Origin: Actinobacteria bacterium HGW-Actinobacteria-2
Lineage (GTDB): Bacteria > Actinomycetota > Actinomycetes > Propionibacteriales > Propionibacteriaceae
Assembly (NCBI GenBank): GCA_002841335.1
Contig: PHEY01000006.1
Location: 33,000 to 96,999, forward strand
Reading direction: 5' to 3'
DNA: 64,000 bases
Shown here: one piece after another, positions 59,601-64,000 of the stretch
Numbering within the stretch: the first letter of the stretch is position 1
Layout of the letters: every line of letters begins with the position of its first letter
The notes under the pieces: model-generated
The model's input: only the letters and a program-made list of their open reading frames with translations
Told to the model about the DNA's origin: nothing
Databases searched by the model: none
Made by a program: the position numbers and the translations under genes

Positions 59601-62600
59601 ACCGTGCGGATCTCGGTCACCCCGCCCGGCCAGACTCAGCCCCCGGTGGCTATCGACGACCAGGTGACCGTCGCGCCGGGCGCCCAGCTGCAACTGCGGG
59701 TGATGGCCAACGACTTCTTCGCCCGCGACGACGCGGTGACCATCGCTGCGCTGGAGACGCTGAACAACCCGCTGCCGGCCGGTGCCCACCTGTCCGCGTC
59801 CACCGGGCCGTTGCTGCTGGCCGCGCCTGGTGAGGGCGATCAGCCCACGCTGGTGAACTACGCGTTGGTCGGCAACGCCGGCACTGGCCCGTCCGCCACG
59901 GTGAAGGTGACCTCCAAGGTCGGCTACAACAACCCGCCGGTGATTCGCGACCAGGTCGCGATCGCAGCGGGGACGACCGGCAGCATCGACCTGCTCGCCG
60001 ACGCCACCGATCTGGACGGCGAGACCGACGCGTTGCGTGCCGAGCCGCTGCTCAGCGTCGCCGGGGCCAGCATGGTCGGCAGCCGCTACACCGTCCCGCT
60101 GCTCGATCACGCGCAGACGATTCCCTACCAGGTCACCGACGCCGCCGGCGGGGTGAGCGCTGCGGTGGTGTACGTCCCGGCGGTCGGGGCCGGCGCGCCG
60201 CGGCTGAAGTCCGGGGGATCGATCAGCCTGGCCACCAACTCCAGCGCCGGCTTCGCCATTGCCGACTACGTCGAATCGCCGCGCGGCAAGGAGGTTCGGA
60301 TCGCCGCCGCGAAGGGCGTCACGGCGCCGGACACTGCGCTGGAGGTGAAGGTCGACGACGCCTCCCACTTCACCCTGACCTCGAAGGACGGCTACGTCGG
60401 CCCGGGTTCGGTGACCCTGGAGGTGATGGATTCGGCCTCGCTCACCGACGAGGGTGTGCTCACCGCGACCATCTCGATCCCCGTGCAGGTGGGGGAGCGC
60501 ACCCCGGTGCTGCGCTGTCCCGCCGACCCGCAGACCATCGTCCAGGGCGGTGAGGTCAAAGACCTCGACATCACCACCTTGTGCCACGTGTGGAGCCCCG
60601 ACCCCGATCAACTCGCCGGACTGACCTACAGCGCCGATTGGGCCACCCCGATCCCCGGGGTGGACGCGGCCGGCGGCGCGCACCGAGTGCGCCTGGAGGC
60701 GTCCGGTGCGGCGGTCGGTGGTAGCTCGGGCGTGCTGACCATCGGCGTGATCGGCACCGCGGCCAAGCCGGTCTCGCTACCGGTCACTGTGGTGGCCGCG
60801 TCCCGACCCAAGGTGCGCTCGGTGAAGTACACCGACATCAAGGCCAACACCCCGGTGATCATCCCGCTGTCGATGACCTCGCCCCTGCGGGACGCGCAAC
60901 CCAAGATTCTCGCGGTCGATCAGACCAGCGGCGGCAAGGCGGCGGTGAGCTTCACCGACACCACCATCACCGTCACTCCCGACCTGGCCACCTCGGGCGC
61001 GCTGGAGTTCCGGGTGCTGGCCACCGACGTCGGCAGCGCCCCGGATCGCACCGATCGGCAGGCGATCGGCACCATCACCATGACGGTCTATGCCAAGCCC
61101 GATCCGCCCTCGGCACCGAAGTCGTCCGCGGTGGTCGAGTCGGGCGCGGCCACGCTGTCGTGGACGACCGGCAAGGCCAACGGTGCGGCCATCGACGGCT
61201 ACCGGCTGAAGGTGGCCAGCGGGCCGCACGCCGGAACGACGATGGAGTGCCGCAGTAGCCCGTGCCGGTTCACCGGGCTGGAGAACGGCCGTGCGGTCAC
61301 CTTCCAGGTGCAGGCGCACAACAAGGCCGACTGGAGCGACTGGAGCCCGTCCTCGGCGCCGATCACCCCCGACACCCTGCCCGGCGGGGCGGCCTCGGTG
61401 GCGGTGAGTGACCCCAAGGACGGCTCCCTGCTGGTGGCGTGGGGATCGATCCCCAACCAGGGCTCGGCGTTGACCAAGATCCATCTCACCTTCGGCGGGC
61501 AGAACCTCACCGTCAGCCCGACCGCCACCAGTCACCGGGTCACCGGCCTGGACAACAACCAGACCTACACGTTCACCGTGACCGCAGAGAACTCCCTGGG
61601 ATTGGGGCCAAGCGCGTCGGCGAAGGGCCAGTCGTCGGGACGTCCGTTGGGGCTGAGCGTCGCCGAACCCAGCCCGCAGGACCTGGTGGGCGCGACCACC
61701 CAGACCACCATCAGCTGGAACCTGTCCTCGGCGAACGGGCCCACTCCGGTGACCTACGACGTCCAGCGCAGCGACGGCCACAAGGTGTGCAGCGGCGTGA
61801 CCAGCCGCAGCTGCACCGACGACAGCGTGGCCTTCGACGGCACCACTTACACCTATGCGGTGACCGCCACCAATGCCACCGGCGGCAGTGACCACGCCGC
61901 GTCCGCCAGTTCGCCGAGTTGGCGGGCCACCGGCACCCCCGACGCCTGGGGCAACTGGTCGGCGGCCCCCACCGGCGCCGATGGCACGGCGAGCATCAGC
62001 TACACCGTGCCGCCGTCCCGCGGTGCGAACTCGACGGTGGCAGTGCTGGACGGCAGCCGCGTGCTGCAAGCGGTCGGCAGCCAGACCGGCGGCGTGCATT
62101 CGCTCACCCTGACCGGGCTCACCGACGGCTCGGCGGCGAGCCTGCGGGTGCGAGTCTGCAACGAGGCCAATCGCTGCTCGTTCTCGGCGACCAAGTCGGT
62201 GACCACCTTCGGCCCGCTCGGCAACCCGAACGTTTCCGGGTCGGCGAGTGGGTCGACGGTCAGCGCGAGCGCCACCGCGAACGGCAACGGCGCCACCGCC
62301 ACCTTGACGCTCTCGATCGACGGGACGGTGGTCGACACCAGCACCGGCACCGGGGCGCTGAGCGTCAGCCGTTCGGGGTACTCGGTCGGCTACAACCACA
62401 GCACCACGATTCGAGCTGTGCTCACCACCGGATCCACCTCGCCCAGCCGGGCCAACGGCGGCACCGACACCACGACCGTGGTCACTGGTCCGGAGCCGCG
62501 ATCGGTGCGGGTGACCCAGGCCAGCAACAAGATCACCACGGCGTCCTGCACTGGCGGCTGCAACTACGTGCTGGTCACCCTGAACGGCTTCGGCGGACGC

Positions 62601-62768
62601 ACCAGCTGCAGCATCTGGACCGACTACGGCGGCGACCACTCCTTCTCCAGCTACACCGCTCCCGGTGATGGGACGTTCAACTCCGGCGCCTACTTCGGCT
62701 ATTGGGGAAACAGCGTCTGGGCAGTCTGCGATGGGACATCCTCGCCGCGGGTGGTCTGGGTGAGATAG
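56619..62768 (+). CDS. giant (2049 aa) membrane-anchored surface protein: N-terminal TM, ~370-aa conserved module, cadherin/Ig-like tandem repeats, FN3 repeats, Cys-containing C-terminal domain
   Basis: GTG 56619. The TM is FLIAAISIVLIVTIAF. Repeated ..L.NDxD/DPxG.. motifs include HLLDNDTN, PLANDVPGADP, DVLANDYDPGGN, PVLNNDTT, QDPDGDSV and RVMANDFF. FN3-like units run from about 61090 (PDPPSAP..LSW..GYRL...F.V.A.N). Confidence 0.85.
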   Translation: MGRSGRWKKWVSRVSPFLIAAISIVLIVTIAFGNGFPFRQLDLNDTGVWVSNDAAGEFGRFNKAAIGIDTHLAPPGERISPFALDVFQDANAAFGLDSRAGRLTRIDTVLGRPIVEQAVAVDGTSTVGLRGGTIAVMDRVGRLWAGRYDAATGVADLGAVDATLKPLAELGLSADAPAGSAAMTVSLDGSVVVAGSNGRLLQVAATPSGLQPAKMTDGRPALTAIAVTTVGDQVVTLDAAAGKLVLPNGHLITIDADPAARLQQPGPSAATVLVATAKSLLRIDLTSGQIMPIDTMGDGQPANPVHLDGCDFAAWAGQGRVTRVCGNAEPTVMRVAKGLVRPVFRINRDQLVLNDQADGLVYDVDLQTSVDWPQPNPQQTQQTTKDDQPEPAESEPKAVDDELAARPDRTTVLHLLDNDTNTVTGVLSIRQVSQPTPAQGVALQIAPDGQSVLLSFPAATEAVRFRYTITDGSNTDDGEVLVHNAGDQENAPTLRPNYVQPAYAVAAYGELSIPIVTEWRDAEGDPVTLLRATDADGTSIPVTSSGQIDYTPGEARGDAERVLTYEVTDGRSAPVAQSLRVRVLGTDSLTEVSPVAQPDVVRGEVGKPITITPLANDVPGADPRNLAARLTIAADVPDQANLAVATDQKLGRITVIPQREGPYTLSYAVGFGSASQVTGLIRVDALRGEGQQPVAMPDQAAMRGRNPVLIDVLANDYDPGGNLLSVVAATAADPDQLQVEVISGRWLRVLPQADLVSPNPQAVHYTISNGSQTATGDALITQLDDGDADRVLARKDAATVRVGDSVLIPVLNNDTTVSGQQLHLATDGLGSGHDGQLSVYDPSQPTGVASDVGQAFVHGNQVRYVPPATVVGSRQVRIPYTVLNTDGDAAQSEAVVTIKAEPDQANPDRAPVASAVEVRVASGSRLEIQIQTSGQDPDGDSVVVAGIASAPKLGRVLGYGPTTITYEAFPTDGLVGTDTFDYIVTDRYGRTGTGTVRISVTPPGQTQPPVAIDDQVTVAPGAQLQLRVMANDFFARDDAVTIAALETLNNPLPAGAHLSASTGPLLLAAPGEGDQPTLVNYALVGNAGTGPSATVKVTSKVGYNNPPVIRDQVAIAAGTTGSIDLLADATDLDGETDALRAEPLLSVAGASMVGSRYTVPLLDHAQTIPYQVTDAAGGVSAAVVYVPAVGAGAPRLKSGGSISLATNSSAGFAIADYVESPRGKEVRIAAAKGVTAPDTALEVKVDDASHFTLTSKDGYVGPGSVTLEVMDSASLTDEGVLTATISIPVQVGERTPVLRCPADPQTIVQGGEVKDLDITTLCHVWSPDPDQLAGLTYSADWATPIPGVDAAGGAHRVRLEASGAAVGGSSGVLTIGVIGTAAKPVSLPVTVVAASRPKVRSVKYTDIKANTPVIIPLSMTSPLRDAQPKILAVDQTSGGKAAVSFTDTTITVTPDLATSGALEFRVLATDVGSAPDRTDRQAIGTITMTVYAKPDPPSAPKSSAVVESGAATLSWTTGKANGAAIDGYRLKVASGPHAGTTMECRSSPCRFTGLENGRAVTFQVQAHNKADWSDWSPSSAPITPDTLPGGAASVAVSDPKDGSLLVAWGSIPNQGSALTKIHLTFGGQNLTVSPTATSHRVTGLDNNQTYTFTVTAENSLGLGPSASAKGQSSGRPLGLSVAEPSPQDLVGATTQTTISWNLSSANGPTPVTYDVQRSDGHKVCSGVTSRSCTDDSVAFDGTTYTYAVTATNATGGSDHAASASSPSWRATGTPDAWGNWSAAPTGADGTASISYTVPPSRGANSTVAVLDGSRVLQAVGSQTGGVHSLTLTGLTDGSAASLRVRVCNEANRCSFSATKSVTTFGPLGNPNVSGSASGSTVSASATANGNGATATLTLSIDGTVVDTSTGTGALSVSRSGYSVGYNHSTTIRAVLTTGSTSPSRANGGTDTTTVVTGPEPRSVRVTQASNKITTASCTGGCNYVLVTLNGFGGRTSCSIWTDYGGDHSFSSYTAPGDGTFNSGAYFGYWGNSVWAVCDGTSSPRVVWVR

Positions 62769-62897
62769 CCCGCGCCGCCGGCGTGGATAGTTCTCCCCAA
62801 TCGGTCCAAACAGGCCGAATCGGGGTTTGGTCGGCAATGAGAGAACGGTATGCTCCGATCTCGGGGATGAGGGTTCAACGCAATCGGGGAGTGCGTT

Positions 62898-64000
62898 TTG
62901 GCAAGGGGAAAAGGTAGGCGGCTGGCGCGCATTGCGCCGGGAGTCGTCGTCGGCGCGCTCGCGGTGGCGTTGGTGTCGTCGGCGGCGCTGGCGCTGGGCT
63001 TCCCGGTGCGGCAGCTGGATCTTAACGACACCGGCATCTGGGTGTCGGCCGACACCGGTGGCCAATTCGGCCGCGTCAACAAAGCCGCCCTCGCCCTGGA
63101 CGCCCGCGTGTCCCCGCCCGGAGTGCGGGTGCCGCGCTACCAGTTGGACGTGCTGCAGGACGGCAACCTGGCCTTGGGTTGGGACCAGACCAATGCGGTG
63201 ATCACCCGGATCGACACCGCCCTCAGCAAGCCCCTGTCCGACCAGGCGATCGCGGCCGATGCCACCACGTCGGTGGCGGTTCGCGGCGGCACGATGGCGG
63301 TGATGAACCGCCTCGGTCAGCTGTGGGCCACCCACTACGACCCGCTCGACGGCACGGTGAACCTGGGCCTGCTGAATCCGTCCCCCCCGCCGCTGGCCAG
63401 CCTGGAGTTGGGCAATGACGTTCCCGCCGGCAGCGCGGCGATGGCTGTGGGCGACGACGGCCGGATCTACCTGGCTGGGGTCAACGGTCGACTGATCACC
63501 GTCTCGCCGCTCGGCGACGGGTTCGCCAAGCCGGACACCGCCACCATTCCGGTACTGAAATCGGTGGCGCTCACCGTCGTGGGTGCCTCGGTGGTCGCTC
63601 TCGACGCCACCGCCGGCCAACTGGTCCTTCCGGGCGGCCGGATGGTGTCGGTGGAGGCCGATGCGGCCACCCGGCTGCAGCAGCCGGGCCCCGATGCCGA
63701 GGCAGTGTTGGTGGCCAACACCAAAGGCCTGGTGCGGATCAAGCTCGGTTCCGGCGAAGCCGTCCCGGTGTTCACCGAGACCCAGGGAGCCCCGGCGGCA
63801 CCGGTGCGCCTGGGAGGTTGTGACTTCGGTGCGTGGGCTGGCGGGACGGGGCGGGTCGTCCGCTTCTGTGACGGTGGGCAGGTCGAGCCCCGGCAGGTTT
63901 CCGGCGGCTTGGACCGTCCGGCGTTCCGAACCAACCGCGGCCAGGTGTTGCTCAACGATCAGACCGACGGCACCACCTACGACCTCGATACCGACACGGT
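62898..64000 (+). CDS. second membrane-anchored surface protein (N-terminal part; continues beyond window), paralogous to the N-terminal module of 56619-62768
   Basis: This frame is open from 62871 to the window end and is absent from the ORF track. TTG 62898 lies 6 nt after GGGGAG. It encodes LARGKGRRLARIAPGVVVGALAVALVSSAALALGFPVRQLDLNDTGIWVS..., collinear with the giant protein N-terminus through ..GCDFGAWAG..LLNDQTDG. Confidence 0.7.
   Translation, partial: MARGKGRRLARIAPGVVVGALAVALVSSAALALGFPVRQLDLNDTGIWVSADTGGQFGRVNKAALALDARVSPPGVRVPRYQLDVLQDGNLALGWDQTNAVITRIDTALSKPLSDQAIAADATTSVAVRGGTMAVMNRLGQLWATHYDPLDGTVNLGLLNPSPPPLASLELGNDVPAGSAAMAVGDDGRIYLAGVNGRLITVSPLGDGFAKPDTATIPVLKSVALTVVGASVVALDATAGQLVLPGGRMVSVEADAATRLQQPGPDAEAVLVANTKGLVRIKLGSGEAVPVFTETQGAPAAPVRLGGCDFGAWAGGTGRVVRFCDGGQVEPRQVSGGLDRPAFRTNRGQVLLNDQTDGTTYDLDTDT

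Noticed and set aside
56520-63620. Three very long minus-strand ORFs (56520-58592, 58887-60683, 60777-63620)
   Set aside because: All are antisense to the giant surface-protein genes. Their composition is Arg/Gly/His-rich with no motifs. The sense strand shows clear repeat-domain structure.

Overview
High-GC (about 70-75% by hand counts) actinobacterial chromosomal segment with about 55 genes. Annotation is by eye from the ORF track and motifs; no searches were run.

Layout, left to right:
- 1-4670: decayed ribose-type sugar ABC operon, then a two-domain esterase fusion.
- 4919-8415: small envelope module (DUF3060-like lipoproteins, DUF4190-like protein, OmpR/HK pair, PspC).
- 8624-10146: NapH-like polyferredoxin pair.
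- 11308-17096: regulator-rich patch (TetR, ArsR, quinone oxidoreductase, nitroreductase) that shows segmental duplication and truncated gene copies.
- 17426-24789: seven-gene ArsR + group-4-hydrogenase-like operon.
- 25068-27125: DUF2339-like membrane protein.
- 27182-35168: xylose regulon (xylB, xylA, xylFGH-like transporter, ROK regulator).
- 35496-42996: histidine-utilisation cluster (IclR regulator, hutH, hutU, M20 hydrolase, hutF-like, hutI).
- 43333-43620: GIY-YIG nuclease gene embedded in repeat clusters.
- 43991-47922: ATPase-like / YhgE-Pip / TetR trio.
- 48078-52712: translationally coupled PP2C / FHA / Ser-Thr kinase / FHA-like operon.
- 52713-56618: lower-GC island with two paralogous unknown proteins and lipoproteins.
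- 56619 to window end: two tandem giant membrane-anchored surface proteins.

Most interesting observations:
1. The hydrogenase-like 'large subunit' has one Cys in 494 aa and lacks both [NiFe] CxxC ligand motifs. This looks like an Ehr-type complex syntenic with M. tuberculosis Rv0081-Rv0087.
2. A REP/MITE-like palindromic repeat family occurs in five intergenic clusters. One pair of clusters brackets the GIY-YIG gene as ~113-bp direct repeats.
3. The low-GC island of unknown paralogs sits between a kinase/FHA signalling operon and the giant cadherin/FN3-type proteins.
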